A stretch of DNA of 63,170 nt from Phycisphaerae bacterium (GTDB lineage: Bacteria > Planctomycetota > Phycisphaerae > UBA1845): NCBI GenBank assembly GCA_030429365.1, contig JAUIEW010000002.1, positions 1 to 63,170 of the forward strand. The letters run 5' to 3'. The translations under genes were made by a program, and so were the position numbers. The notes beneath the pieces are model-generated. The model worked only from the letters and a program-made list of their open reading frames with translations, was not told where the DNA came from and searched no databases. The stretch's first letter is position 1. The number at the start of each line of letters is the position of its first letter. Of the stretch, positions 1 to 10,079 are shown piece after piece.

Positions 1-655
1 GCCCAGAGATCGATTCAAGCTGTGTATCTGGTGGGTTATTGAAGAAATACGGCTGTCCACCGAGTGTCGCGGGCGTAAATTCTGTAACAACTGTTGATAT
101 CTGCGAGAACGTGCGTGGGTCGGCCGGTTCGAAATCAATGTCAAACCCAAACCGCGCAAAAGAGAACTTCCCCAAGCCGGCATTGTTGCTGGCCGAGTTG
201 TCCCGAAACAGCACCGCGTCGATCGGCGTTGGGAACCCCGCCAGCAACCCGGCACCTGGAAATTCGTAGCTGATCAGCGCACTGTTGGCCCCATTGGGAA
301 TATCGTTGTCGATGAATGTCGGCGCCTGATCGGAATCGCCATCGTTGTAGAACAGCAATGGATCTGTGACGTACCCCCCGGCAAAAAGGTCGCTTGCTAA
401 GTCTGGAAAGAATAATTCATGGTCTATCGCATATGCCCATGCCGCCTCTCGAAGCATCCCAAGTTTTTGGTGAACTCTCCCCAAATCGTAGTAGTCTCTC
501 TTGTAAGTCGAAAAATCGATTCCATTGGATTCATTGATGGAAAAAACAGACAACGTGGCTTCGGTAGACATGGCGGCTGCCCGCGCAAGACCCGAGGCGG
601 ACAACACGATTGTTACGGTCGTTGCGATCAAGTTGGTGATGTGTCGACCGGGCAT
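1..655 (-). CDS. hypothetical secreted protein, partial (C-terminus lies beyond window start)
   Basis: Uninterrupted reverse-strand frame from ATG (655-653) to the window edge, 218 codons. It is absent from the ORF track because no stop lies in the window. The N-terminus MPGRHITNLIATTVTIVLSASGLARAAA is signal-peptide-like. No family recognised. Confidence 0.5.
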   Translation of the reverse strand, partial: MPGRHITNLIATTVTIVLSASGLARAAAMSTEATLSVFSINESNGIDFSTYKRDYYDLGRVHQKLGMLREAAWAYAIDHELFFPDLASDLFAGGYVTDPLLFYNDGDSDQAPTFIDNDIPNGANSALISYEFPGAGLLAGFPTPIDAVLFRDNSASNNAGLGKFSFARFGFDIDFEPADPRTFSQISTVVTEFTPATLGGQPYFFNNPPDTQLESISG

Positions 656-1067
656 TGCAAAGTCCTTTCAAAGTGACCACGAACGGGACTGCCCCAGCAA
701 AGACAGAGCGGTCCATTCAGATACAAAACCAATGGATACTTCTGAGAGAACATGTTGGCGCGCATGCATCGGTGGCGTGTATGTTGCCTTGAATGTTGAT
801 GCTGCTGCGCGCGATCTACTAGATGTATCGAATCAAAAAGAAGGGCTGGGCAGTGCTGCGGTTGACGCAGTTCGGCCCGAATGCATGCCGTGCTACACCC
901 ATCGGCACGCCCCATTGCTTAAGTAGGACTTGCGGGCGAATTCTTACACGGTTGCGCGCAAAAAAACGAACGCCCCTTGCTGCGTCACCATGCGTGATTG
1001 GCAAAGAATGGCTTGCGCGGGTTGTCTTGGGGGAATAAGTCAGGTCTTCACCCGACATTGGTTTGGG

Positions 1068-2261
1068 CTATTCGGGCTGAACGGCTTGGGCATTCTTGTC
1101 GCCGAGGACGAATCGCTTGTAGTACGCCACACCAAGGCACGTGAATGGGATGGCCAACACAAGCCCAAGAAAACCCAGTAGTTTGCCCCAGATAAAAATA
1201 CCGAGCAGCAGCGTGACCGGGCGGAGGCCAACCGACTTGCCCATGATCTTCGGCGTCAGCAGCGCGTCTTGAATCAATTGGCAGACGGCGAAGATCCCAA
1301 GAATTGCGACTGCGGAAATCCACAATGCCCGATTGGCTTCAAGGTCGCGAACCAATCCAAGCAGAAGGGCCGGAATGAGTCCGACCGTCTGCAAGTACGG
1401 CACCATGTTGAGCATACCGACACCCAAGCCAAGAAGGATGGCCATCCTCAGCCCCAAGATTTTGAAACCGATCGCGAAAAGGATGCCGACGGTGAACGCG
1501 ATGATGAATTGGCCGCGGAAGTAGCGGCTCATCGCGAGGCCAAACTCATCGACAAACCCGACGATGTCTTCGCGGTACTTGGGCGGTAGAAAAGACTTCC
1601 AACTGTTGGCCATCAGCCGGTAGTCGATCAACAGGAACACCAGGTACAACAGAACAACGACGACGCCCGTCAGTCCCAACAAGAAACTCAGCGTACCGGT
1701 AACAACATTGACCAATCCCGGGGCGACGTAGTGAACAATCTTCTGGATGATCGTCGTGACTTCCAAACCTTCGACATCTTCGGTGGCCAGTTTGGCTTGT
1801 AGTTCCTGCAGTAGGCTTTTGACGACAGGATTTTCCTGTTCTTCGACGAACTCGTTGAAAGCCTGTCCCACGCCTTCGACCTCAGGCATGCTTGGTGATT
1901 GAACGAATTCCTGCAGGAGGTTGCGCATCGATGCGATCTCTTTACCGCCGATGTAGACGAGGACGGAAGTCAGCGCAAACGTGACGATGCCGCAACCGAT
2001 GACGGTAATGAAGACGGCCGGCGTGCGCCGGTTCAGGCGCGACTCAAGCGCGTTGACAATGGGATTGAGCAGGTAGGCCAACAACAGCGCGATGGCAAAT
2101 GGAATCAGGACGTCAGAGAGATAACGAACCAAGCCGAAGAACGCGACGAGCGTGGCGATCGTCAAAAGCAGACGAAACACGCGGTCGAAATCCCACAAGC
2201 GCTCTTTCTTCTTCGGGGCGTCCATGGGGACCATTGGAATCGTGGCTGAGGGATAATGCAA
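1068..2261 (-). CDS. AI-2E family (PerM/UPF0118) transporter
   Basis: 397 aa polytopic membrane protein. The N-terminal region LIPFAIALLLAYLLNPIVNALE and the C-terminal LLGFLGLVLAIP are typical of AI-2E/PerM permeases. Confidence 0.8.
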   Translation of the reverse strand: MHYPSATIPMVPMDAPKKKERLWDFDRVFRLLLTIATLVAFFGLVRYLSDVLIPFAIALLLAYLLNPIVNALESRLNRRTPAVFITVIGCGIVTFALTSVLVYIGGKEIASMRNLLQEFVQSPSMPEVEGVGQAFNEFVEEQENPVVKSLLQELQAKLATEDVEGLEVTTIIQKIVHYVAPGLVNVVTGTLSFLLGLTGVVVVLLYLVFLLIDYRLMANSWKSFLPPKYREDIVGFVDEFGLAMSRYFRGQFIIAFTVGILFAIGFKILGLRMAILLGLGVGMLNMVPYLQTVGLIPALLLGLVRDLEANRALWISAVAILGIFAVCQLIQDALLTPKIMGKSVGLRPVTLLLGIFIWGKLLGFLGLVLAIPFTCLGVAYYKRFVLGDKNAQAVQPE

Positions 2262-2287
2262 GGTTTGGTTGGTGGTTTGGTGTTGTC

Positions 2288-2317
2288 GTCATTCCCGCGC
2301 ATGCGGGAATCCAGGGG
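2288..2317. repeat. family-B palindromic repeat (ATTCCC-N8-GGGAAT core plus CCAGGGG tail)
   Basis: gtcattcccgcgcatgcgggaatccagggg. It has the same core as the copies at 2408, 24135 and 36985. Confidence 0.8.
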
Positions 2318-2407
2318 TAGGTGTAATCCTAAGCAAGTCCTACCATTCCAGGAATATCTATCGCCCCCTGTTGGATTGCATGGCCAACGACGCGTGACCG
2401 ATTGATT

Positions 2408-2434
2408 CTGGATTCCCACTTTCGCGGGAATGAC
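2408..2434. repeat. family-B palindromic repeat, inverted relative to the 2288 copy
   Basis: ctggattcccactttcgcgggaatgac. Its reverse complement gtcattcccgcgaaagtgggaatccag matches the 2288 copy. Confidence 0.8.
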
Positions 2435-2492
2435 GGCGGTGCGGTTCTGTGGCAATGACAGCGATATGGTGCGTTTTGCGGGCGCAGTTTTT

Positions 2493-2523
2493 TTCCGTCC
2501 CCCACCCTGGAAGGGCGGGACAC
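2493..2523 (-). repeat. family-A stem-loop repeat (GTGCCCCGCCCTTCCAGGGTGGGGGACTGAA type)
   Basis: The reverse strand reads gtgtcccgcccttccagggtgggggacggaa. It starts 19 nt downstream of the PiT stop codon, in sense with that gene. Confidence 0.8.
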
Positions 2524-2542
2524 CCTGCACTCGAACGGCCTA

Positions 2543-4234
2543 CTAGTCTTCTTCGGTGGCGTAGCGCTCTGGGTAGGCTCGTTCGAGCATTTCTTCGCGG
2601 GTGCGGCGGGACTGTTCGTCGCCTCGGCGTTTGAATTCCTGGCGGAGGGCGAGGTTGATGCCCAGGACCCCGACCAGCCCGAAAATGCCGAAATAGTGCA
2701 CGGCCGTACAGACGACTGCGGTGAACGCAGCGGCGATGAGAGCGGCAAAGAACCAACTGAAAACCACCCAGATCGAGCGGGCGATTTTGAGACCGGCATC
2801 CCCCTTCTGGAAGATGCGATCGCCCATACCGGTGCCGACGAGTGCGGCGAAGGTGACGTAGGTGGTGGACACGGGCATCTTGAAGCTTGAGGCGATGGCG
2901 ATGACGCTGGCCGACACCCCCATCATCACAGTCGCGCGAAGCGCGTCATAATGTTGACGATTGGCTTGCCGCGTTGGAGCCATCGGAGCAACGAGCGACT
3001 CTTCGCGATTGGGCCTGCGCGCGAGCCATTCACCAATGGTCAAACACCAGCCGGGCGCATACAGGCGGACGCGATCGGCATGGCTGCCCATGTTGACGGC
3101 GGCCTTGGTGACGCGCGTGGCGTTCTTGGTACGCATACCCATAAACAGCAGGATGCCGCAAACGAACAGTTGCCAGCGATCGATCTTTGCGCCGGTCGCA
3201 ACCTTGATGCCCTCGTCCCAGTTTTCGATAATGCTGATCGTCGCCAGCCCCGGCGAAGCGCAGTTGGCCAGATCGTTTTGTCCGAAAGCAAACGCCATCG
3301 AAAGCATGCCACAGACAGCCAACACCGGGAAGACTTTGACAGCCGCCCGTTTTCCAAAGCGCATCAGCAGCGCCGAGATGATTCCCGCGAAAATGAACCA
3401 AAGGCCAAACACCCAGAACGTCGCGCCCAACGGTGTATTGTGAATCAGTTCGTGGATGGCGTTGATGCCTGGAACCTTCTTCATGCCCTTGATGATCATG
3501 AAGAAAACCATCCCGCTGGCGATACCGCCGCCAATCCACGCGCCGTGGATTTTCATCGTGCGCAGGTCTTCGGTTCGTTGGCCGATCACACCTCGAACAA
3601 GGCGCTGCACAAGGAACGCCGAGAACCCCGACAAGAAAATCGACACGATGATCGCCAGCACGACGCTGCCCGCTTTCGGCCAGTTCACGAGGTTGTCGGT
3701 GTTGGAGATAAACGCCATCGCCAGCGCGGCGCCGATAAGTTCAAACACGAGGCACGCGGTTGTGCTCACCGGCATACCGAACGCGGAATAACCGTAAAGA
3801 AGGACGGTGTCGACCAAGTAAACAGAGATATAAATTGCCGCGGCTTGTTCGAGCGAAATCTTGGTTGGGTCAAAAATGCCTTTGCGGGCAGTCTCAATCA
3901 CGCCTCCGGATAAAGACGCCCCGACGATGACGGCGATGCCCGCGAGGATGACAGCCCGTTTGCGGGTCATCAGACGCGCGCCATAAACAGCGTTGATCAG
4001 GTTGGCCGCATCGTTACGCCCAACCTCGACGGTATCCCAAATGAGCATGCAAATCGAAAAGATGAGGATACCGGCAAGTGAAAATTTTTGGCCGAAAAAG
4101 AGGGTGAGCACGGCGAAGAAAACCGCACCGTACCACCAGGAAGGGACGGCGTCCTTGGCCCGGACAAGGAATCCTTTGGGTGGCGTGTTGTTGATGGCGT
4201 CGACTCCGCGATCTTTGCCGCACAAACAAGGCAT
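2543..4234 (-). CDS. inorganic phosphate transporter, PiT (PHO4) family
   Basis: 563 aa membrane protein with the duplicated PiT signature GRNDAANLINAVYG near the N-terminus and FGQNDLANCASP in the second half. Confidence 0.88.
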   Translation of the reverse strand: MPCLCGKDRGVDAINNTPPKGFLVRAKDAVPSWWYGAVFFAVLTLFFGQKFSLAGILIFSICMLIWDTVEVGRNDAANLINAVYGARLMTRKRAVILAGIAVIVGASLSGGVIETARKGIFDPTKISLEQAAAIYISVYLVDTVLLYGYSAFGMPVSTTACLVFELIGAALAMAFISNTDNLVNWPKAGSVVLAIIVSIFLSGFSAFLVQRLVRGVIGQRTEDLRTMKIHGAWIGGGIASGMVFFMIIKGMKKVPGINAIHELIHNTPLGATFWVFGLWFIFAGIISALLMRFGKRAAVKVFPVLAVCGMLSMAFAFGQNDLANCASPGLATISIIENWDEGIKVATGAKIDRWQLFVCGILLFMGMRTKNATRVTKAAVNMGSHADRVRLYAPGWCLTIGEWLARRPNREESLVAPMAPTRQANRQHYDALRATVMMGVSASVIAIASSFKMPVSTTYVTFAALVGTGMGDRIFQKGDAGLKIARSIWVVFSWFFAALIAAAFTAVVCTAVHYFGIFGLVGVLGINLALRQEFKRRGDEQSRRTREEMLERAYPERYATEED

Positions 4235-4256
4235 GCGGTCGGTGGTTTGGCGGTGG

Positions 4257-4931
4257 TTACCTTGACGTCAGCATTCTTCGCACACGGTCGGCTAGGCTCT
4301 CTGCGGAGTTGGCGAGTTGGCCAAGTTCTCCGAAGACCTTAAACCAGAGCATGATGTCCAGACACGAAACCTCATTTTCAAGCGCGAACAGCGCCTGTGA
4401 CAGCTTGTATTGCTTTCGATCGGATTCCCATTCGGCCCGCTCGACTTTGGCGACGAGCGTGAGCACATGCTCAACTTTGTCGTGGGGGAATCCCTGATGG
4501 ACAGCTTCCTCGAGCGGGTCATTGAGCCCCTGCGCGAGCGTGCAGACATTCAGGATCGAATCAACGTAATCCATGGTCTGATCGCTGATCGCCGTCGGCA
4601 GCGCGAGCTTCTTAACCGTCAGAAGGAACGCGACATCCTCAGCCGCGTCGGCCATATCGTCCTGCAACTTGACGTGGCCGAGCAGGTCGCCGCGAAACAC
4701 GGGCAAATAGAATGTCTTGGGAATCGTCTGCCGGATTTCATCCTTGATGATGTCGGCTTCGTGTTCGGCTTTGAAGATGTCCTTGGTAATACCTTCGAGC
4801 GTGTCGGTCGCTCCATCCTTGACGGCTTCAAATAGTGGCCGGACCAACGAGACGCAGCGCATGACGGCGTCGAGTTGTTCTTTGAGCGGTTGGAATGGAG
4901 AATGGCGAAACGCGTCAACGAACTTCGACAC
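4257..4931 (-). CDS. DUF47 / PhoU-like phosphate transport regulator (PiT-associated)
   Basis: 224 aa helical protein lying 22 nt upstream of the PiT gene on the same strand. The FKAEHEADIIKDEI motif is typical of the DUF47 family that pairs with PiT. Confidence 0.8.
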   Translation of the reverse strand: MSKFVDAFRHSPFQPLKEQLDAVMRCVSLVRPLFEAVKDGATDTLEGITKDIFKAEHEADIIKDEIRQTIPKTFYLPVFRGDLLGHVKLQDDMADAAEDVAFLLTVKKLALPTAISDQTMDYVDSILNVCTLAQGLNDPLEEAVHQGFPHDKVEHVLTLVAKVERAEWESDRKQYKLSQALFALENEVSCLDIMLWFKVFGELGQLANSAESLADRVRRMLTSR

Positions 4932-5327
4932 TTGGCACCTCCGTGATTCAGGTCAACAATATCGCCATTGGGGGCAGCTCACAGGCGCCCCTTGGGGCGC
5001 GGGGTTTGTACCGAAAGCATCTGTGCGTTGCAATGGGGCGAACGTTAAAAACGTGTTTTTTCTGCGTGGTTTTAGGGGGCATGTTGGATTTGGGGCGACG
5101 TTGACGAAAATCATCATTTGAACGCAGCTTCGCTTCTCAGCATGGTTTACATCGCCTGCGCAGCGGATTAGAATTCTGGATTGCCTTGGGGCGAATTCGC
5201 CCTTTTCTAAAACGTTGCAACTTTCCGTGTTGCACCGACTGAGACGGCAGCGCCGTAGTGTCCGTGCAGCATGATTTGATACGAGCCGATTCCGGCGCAG
5301 AAGTTCCTGTCTTACATCTAATTATCC

Positions 5328-6734
5328 ATGGTGCAATCCAAGTCCAAAGAACCGTTGATTTATGAGCATCCGCCCGGATTTCGCATGCGGCGCGTGCGCA
5401 ACTGGTTCTTCTTGGGTTTGACGTACGCATCGTATTATCTCTGCCGCTACAACCTTGGCATCGTGGCGCCCGAGTTAAAAAGTGAACTCGGATTCACCAA
5501 CTCCCAATACGGCGCCATCGATGCCGCACGAAACTGGGCTTATGCCGTTGGGCAATTCGTAAACGGATTGTTCACGGACCGCCTCGGCGGCAAACGGGCC
5601 ATGACCATCGGCGCGGTTGGCACTGCCGTCCTGAACGTCTCATTCGGATGGGTCGCGTGGAGCGACCTGTCCGCCATGTTCTTAACGCTCTTGATCATTC
5701 GGTTGCTTGATGGCTACATCCAGGCGTTTGGCGCCCCGGGAATGATCAAAATTAATACGGCATGGTTCCGCCGGCGCGAACGAGGCACGTTCGCAGGCAT
5801 TTTTGGAATCATGATCAATCTCGGCCAAAGCGCCGCGTACTACTTGGGTAGTGTGCTGACGGCAGGCGCGATCATTCCACTCATCTTCTTCGAGATCAAG
5901 ATCGCGGCGATGGATTGGCGGTACATCTTCATTATCCCCCCAACTGCCGTCATCGTGATCGTGTCTTTGATGAACGTCCTCGTGAAGAACCACCCCGAGG
6001 AAGCGGGCTATCGCATCATTCACGATGACGAAGATGAAGGAGACGACCCCCACGAGACGATTCACGTCTGGGACGTCTTCAAGAAGATCGCCTCCAACTG
6101 GATCGTGTGGATCGTCGCCGGCGCGTACTTCTGCACCGGTTTTGTGCGAACGGCGATCTCGGCATGGTGGGTCGTGTACTTCGACGAAGTCTGGTCGATG
6201 GATAAGAGCACGCGACTCTACTACTGGATGGGTACCTGGTTCATTCCCTGGTTGGCGTCGGCCGGCTCGCTGGCTTCTGGCATCGTTTCCGACAAGATGT
6301 TCGGCGGAAAACGCGCACCGGTGGCGGCCTTGCTGTACTTGATGCAGGCAGTGAGCATTGTTGTCGCGATGATGATGGCCCACGGAGATCTATCCTCAAC
6401 CGCACTGCTTTCTGCAGTCGTTCTGTTGGGGATCCACGTGGGGTGCAATGCAACACATTCACTTCTCGGAACTGCCGCCGCCATGGACCTCGGCGGTCGT
6501 AAGATGGCTGGATTCTCGTCGGGCGTGATTGATTCGTTCCAGTATTTCGGCGCCGGGTTGGCCGGTCTGGGGCTTGGCAAACTGCTCGACCACTACGCCG
6601 AGATCACCGACGCCGGAACCAAAATGAACGCAACCGTCTGGTTTGCGTCCATGCTGCCCTGGGCGATTCTCGGCACGCTTCTGATGACCTTCCTCTGGTG
6701 GCGCCATCGCGGTAGTGATGCGGCTGGGACTTAA
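5328..6734 (+). CDS. MFS transporter, organophosphate:Pi antiporter (GlpT/UhpC-like) family
   Basis: 468 aa, about 12 TM segments. The N-terminal YYLCRYNLGIVAPELKSELGFTNSQYGAI...GLFTDRLGGKR resembles the OPA-family signature. Confidence 0.75.
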   Translation: MVQSKSKEPLIYEHPPGFRMRRVRNWFFLGLTYASYYLCRYNLGIVAPELKSELGFTNSQYGAIDAARNWAYAVGQFVNGLFTDRLGGKRAMTIGAVGTAVLNVSFGWVAWSDLSAMFLTLLIIRLLDGYIQAFGAPGMIKINTAWFRRRERGTFAGIFGIMINLGQSAAYYLGSVLTAGAIIPLIFFEIKIAAMDWRYIFIIPPTAVIVIVSLMNVLVKNHPEEAGYRIIHDDEDEGDDPHETIHVWDVFKKIASNWIVWIVAGAYFCTGFVRTAISAWWVVYFDEVWSMDKSTRLYYWMGTWFIPWLASAGSLASGIVSDKMFGGKRAPVAALLYLMQAVSIVVAMMMAHGDLSSTALLSAVVLLGIHVGCNATHSLLGTAAAMDLGGRKMAGFSSGVIDSFQYFGAGLAGLGLGKLLDHYAEITDAGTKMNATVWFASMLPWAILGTLLMTFLWWRHRGSDAAGT

Positions 6735-6970
6735 TTCGCGAATGCGGTTTTCTGCGTCGCGTCACCTCGCGACAACAGGCACTTCATTGCTCCAATAACG
6801 TTGGTTTCTGCGCGACTTGTTTGCTTTCGCCGGGGAGCGTATAGTGAGTCTCCGCACCAACGAGTGGTTTCGAAAACTCCGCCGGTTTGAGTCGAGGGGC
6901 CCACTGCTTTCCTGTCGAATTCATTCCGGCGATTAAGGTCAAGACGTACGATCGTTGAGGAGAAAGTGGC

Positions 6971-8062
6971 ATGGCGACAGAACATGTTCCGTTGCAGGCG
7001 ATTGATCACATCGAATTTTTCGTGGGCAATGCGTTTCAAGCCGCCCACTTCTATCGCACGATGTTTGGATTCAACATCATCGCGCACAGCGGCTTGACCA
7101 CCGGACGTCGCGGACAATCAAGCTATCTCGTCGAACAGGGCAAGATTCGATTCCTGCTGACGTCGGCATTGTCGCCGGATTGCCCCGTGGCGCGACACTG
7201 TGCACTGCATGGCGACGGTGTTCATTCGGTGGCGTTTCGCGTCAACGATGTCGAAGCAACCATCAACGCGGTGAAAGCCAACGGCGCCACCGTCGTCAAA
7301 CCGCTGACCACATGGCAGGACAGTTTTGGCGAATTGCGCTTCGCCGCGATCAAGACGTACGGCGACACGGTGCACACGTTCATCGACAGATCGGACTACA
7401 AAGGCATCTTCGCGCCCAAATATGTGCCGATGGAATCGCCCAAGACCGAGTCAGCCGGCCTGCTTGCCGTCGATCACGTGGTCGGCAACGTCGAACTGGG
7501 GGCGATGCGCTATTGGGCCGACTTCTACGCCCGCGTCCTCGGGTTCACCCAGCTCGCGCATTTCACGGATGACGACATCAGCACCGAATACACGGCCCTC
7601 ATGTCCAAAGTGATGCAAAGCGATAACGGGCTGATCAAGTTCCCCATCAATGAGCCAGCCGAAGGTCGCAAGAAATCGCAGATCGACGAATACCTCGATT
7701 TCTACCAAGGGCCCGGTGTGCAGCATGTGGCCATGTCCACCGGCGACATCATCGCGACGGTGAAGCGGCTTCAAAGCGCCGGTATCGAATTCCTGTATGT
7801 GCCCGACACTTATTACGAACAGCTCATCAGCCGCGTCGGCGAAATCCAGGAAGACATCGACGAACTGCGCAAGTGGGGCATTCTGGTCGACCGCGACGAG
7901 GATGGATACCTGCTCCAGATCTTCACCAAGCCGGTGGAAGATCGACCGACGTTGTTTTACGAGATCATCCAGCGAAAAGGCTCGCGCGGTTTCGGCGTGG
8001 GCAACTTCAAAGCACTCTTTGTGTCGATCGAAGAAGAACAGCGCAAGCGCGGCACGCTGTAG
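6971..8062 (+). CDS. hppD: 4-hydroxyphenylpyruvate dioxygenase
   Basis: 363 aa with two VOC-type modules. The C-terminal FYEIIQRKGSRGFGVGNFKALFVSIEEEQRKRG is the HPPD signature region. Confidence 0.9.
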   Translation: MATEHVPLQAIDHIEFFVGNAFQAAHFYRTMFGFNIIAHSGLTTGRRGQSSYLVEQGKIRFLLTSALSPDCPVARHCALHGDGVHSVAFRVNDVEATINAVKANGATVVKPLTTWQDSFGELRFAAIKTYGDTVHTFIDRSDYKGIFAPKYVPMESPKTESAGLLAVDHVVGNVELGAMRYWADFYARVLGFTQLAHFTDDDISTEYTALMSKVMQSDNGLIKFPINEPAEGRKKSQIDEYLDFYQGPGVQHVAMSTGDIIATVKRLQSAGIEFLYVPDTYYEQLISRVGEIQEDIDELRKWGILVDRDEDGYLLQIFTKPVEDRPTLFYEIIQRKGSRGFGVGNFKALFVSIEEEQRKRGTL

Positions 8063-8088
8063 TTCGCGTTTGAAGAAACAAACATCTT

Positions 8089-8148
8089 GTAGGGTGGGCC
8101 GTGCATACCAGGTCGTTAAGTAATTGTGGTGGGCACGGCCCACCCTAC
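8089..8148. repeat. family-C palindrome; candidate bidirectional terminator between convergent genes
   Basis: Perfect 16-bp arms gtagggtgggccgtgc (8089-8104) and gcacggcccaccctac (8133-8148) with a 28-nt loop. It lies between the hppD stop (8062) and the stop of the minus-strand gene at 8150. Confidence 0.75.
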
Positions 8149-8149
8149 C

Positions 8150-9250
8150 TTAGTATTCCCACGACGTGATCGTATGCACGCACTGCGTGACAAGGTGGCC
8201 GACAAACAACGCGACCCCGGCGATCGCCCACCCATGCGGAATGCGCAGATACTTCTTATATCCAATCCAAAGCATCGCCCAGACCGACCCCAACGCCAAC
8301 CACAACATGATTGTTCCCAAACCGGCGTAATATGCGTACGCAATCGACGGCGCTCCGGAGCGCGCGTTTCTTCGCCAAGGCCAGTAATAAAGCGACGAAT
8401 CCAACACCCCTTCCAGCACGCACCAGACAGCCGTGCACAGACTCGCGAAAATCGTGGCATGCGCAAACACGCGAAGCACCTGTCGCCAACTGGCTTTGTA
8501 TTCCCGGTTGGATTGTACGAAGAGTATGAGCGTTAAGAACGTTGCGACCGACCACGTGGCGTAATCAATGAGGTCTGAGTTCTCATAACGAGCGCCATAC
8601 GTGAACCGAAATCGAACGGTGTCCGGATCGGCCATCCACTGCGCGATTTTGTTCATCAGCGGATCAACGCCAAGCGCGACGGCATGCCAGCCGCGGGCAA
8701 ACAACAACCATTGAACCATGACCAGGATCAAGAGGGGAATGACCCTGGGGGTATCGCTGCGCGAATAGGTGCGCCAAAGTCGAAACGGGCTGGTCGCACC
8801 CAACCAGAAAGTGACGGCAATCGACTTCAGCGGATCGGCAATCCAGCGATATTCGAACAGGTTGCTGGCTTTGCTGATCGCGGCATCGGTGACATCCTCC
8901 CAATCAAAGCTCACCCCGCATTCCGGGCACCGGTTCGTAGTCTGCCCGACCAGACGATAACCGCACTTGACGCAGCAGATCGCTTCGATCGGCAACTTCG
9001 CGACGTGCGTGTACCAAAGGTACTTGAATCGCTCACGGTTATTCTCGATCACGTGCCAACAAAGGGCATCCATGTCGATCTCGCTGCCACATTCCGAGCA
9101 GCGGTCCTGACCGTCTTCATGGATAACGTAATCGCAATTCGGACATCGCAACAATTCGCGATCGACCGCAACAATCTGCTCGATCATCGACTTCGACGGA
9201 TTGGCCATGTCGCTTGGGATGGGCGGGGTGGAATCGTGCAATGCGTCCAA
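8150..9250 (-). CDS. membrane protein with two N-terminal zinc ribbons
   Basis: 366 aa with CPNCDY..CSECG and CVKCGYRLVGQTTNRCPECG motifs followed by multiple TM helices. No enzymatic motif seen. Confidence 0.65.
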   Translation of the reverse strand: MDALHDSTPPIPSDMANPSKSMIEQIVAVDRELLRCPNCDYVIHEDGQDRCSECGSEIDMDALCWHVIENNRERFKYLWYTHVAKLPIEAICCVKCGYRLVGQTTNRCPECGVSFDWEDVTDAAISKASNLFEYRWIADPLKSIAVTFWLGATSPFRLWRTYSRSDTPRVIPLLILVMVQWLLFARGWHAVALGVDPLMNKIAQWMADPDTVRFRFTYGARYENSDLIDYATWSVATFLTLILFVQSNREYKASWRQVLRVFAHATIFASLCTAVWCVLEGVLDSSLYYWPWRRNARSGAPSIAYAYYAGLGTIMLWLALGSVWAMLWIGYKKYLRIPHGWAIAGVALFVGHLVTQCVHTITSWEY

Positions 9251-9492
9251 TACTCCAAATCTGTTTCACGACAGAAGCGAGCCGACAATCCGACGTGCCC
9301 GGCGAGGGATCGCAAGCAGTGACGACGCACGTCGGCGCCGAATGTATTTTAGTGACCAGACAGCACCAATGCACGAATTCGAAACGATGATTGAGGGATT
9401 TCGCCAATCAGCGGGCACGTTGTTGGTGTGCGGTATCGTCTTCTTGGGCGACAAGTGTCATTTGTGGTGGGACAATGCGATTGGGGAGAATC

Positions 9493-9972
9493 ATGAGGCG
9501 AAAGTTTCTGTCTGCGGTTGGCGTTGGTGGGGGCTGTTCGATGTTGGCGCTGGGCTGTTCGCTTGACGCCCGGGTGGACTTAGCCGCCGCGAGCGCGATG
9601 GACCAGTTGGCCGTCTCGATGGAAACCGTGGTCCGCGAATACCACACCGAAATCGAACGATCAGACGATGCGACGGAAGAAGCGGTGGTGGACGCATTCA
9701 TCGGTCGCGTGCGGCGCGATGTGTCGGACAACGCGCTGGTCGATTCGCATGGCGAAAAGTTTCGAATGGCAATGAAGCGGGTGCGCGACGATCGGGCGGT
9801 TGAAATGGCTCGCTACCATGCCGCCCTGGACAACGTCGGTCTCGTGCGCGAAGTGTCGCGGGGCTTGAAACGGTTGGCCGCCGAAAGCATGTCGTTCGAG
9901 GACGACGCCCGGCGGTATCTGTTCTCACTTCTTGAAAGCGCCCAAGCCGGGGCGACCACGCCGCAGTCCTAG
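9493..9972 (+). CDS. hypothetical lipoprotein
   Basis: I prefer the start at ATG 9493, preceded by ggggagaa. MRRKFLSAVGVGGGCSMLALGCS is a lipoprotein-type signal. The remainder is helical and charged. Confidence 0.55.
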   Translation: MRRKFLSAVGVGGGCSMLALGCSLDARVDLAAASAMDQLAVSMETVVREYHTEIERSDDATEEAVVDAFIGRVRRDVSDNALVDSHGEKFRMAMKRVRDDRAVEMARYHAALDNVGLVREVSRGLKRLAAESMSFEDDARRYLFSLLESAQAGATTPQS

Positions 9973-10079
9973 CCTGCTTTCGATTCTTGTCGTGAAAGCT
10001 ATCAAACGAAACACCGCGATGATGCGCATTGCCACGGCGCGATGGCATCGTTGAGTCTTGATCTTATGGGAGAGTTACA

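Noticed and set aside
2099-2530. Short ORFs (2099..2320 plus strand, 2162..2530 minus strand) containing ..VVIPAHAGIQG / ..IPAKVGIQ.. peptides
   Set aside because: These peptides are translations of the family-B and family-A palindromic repeats in an intergenic spacer. They are not genes.
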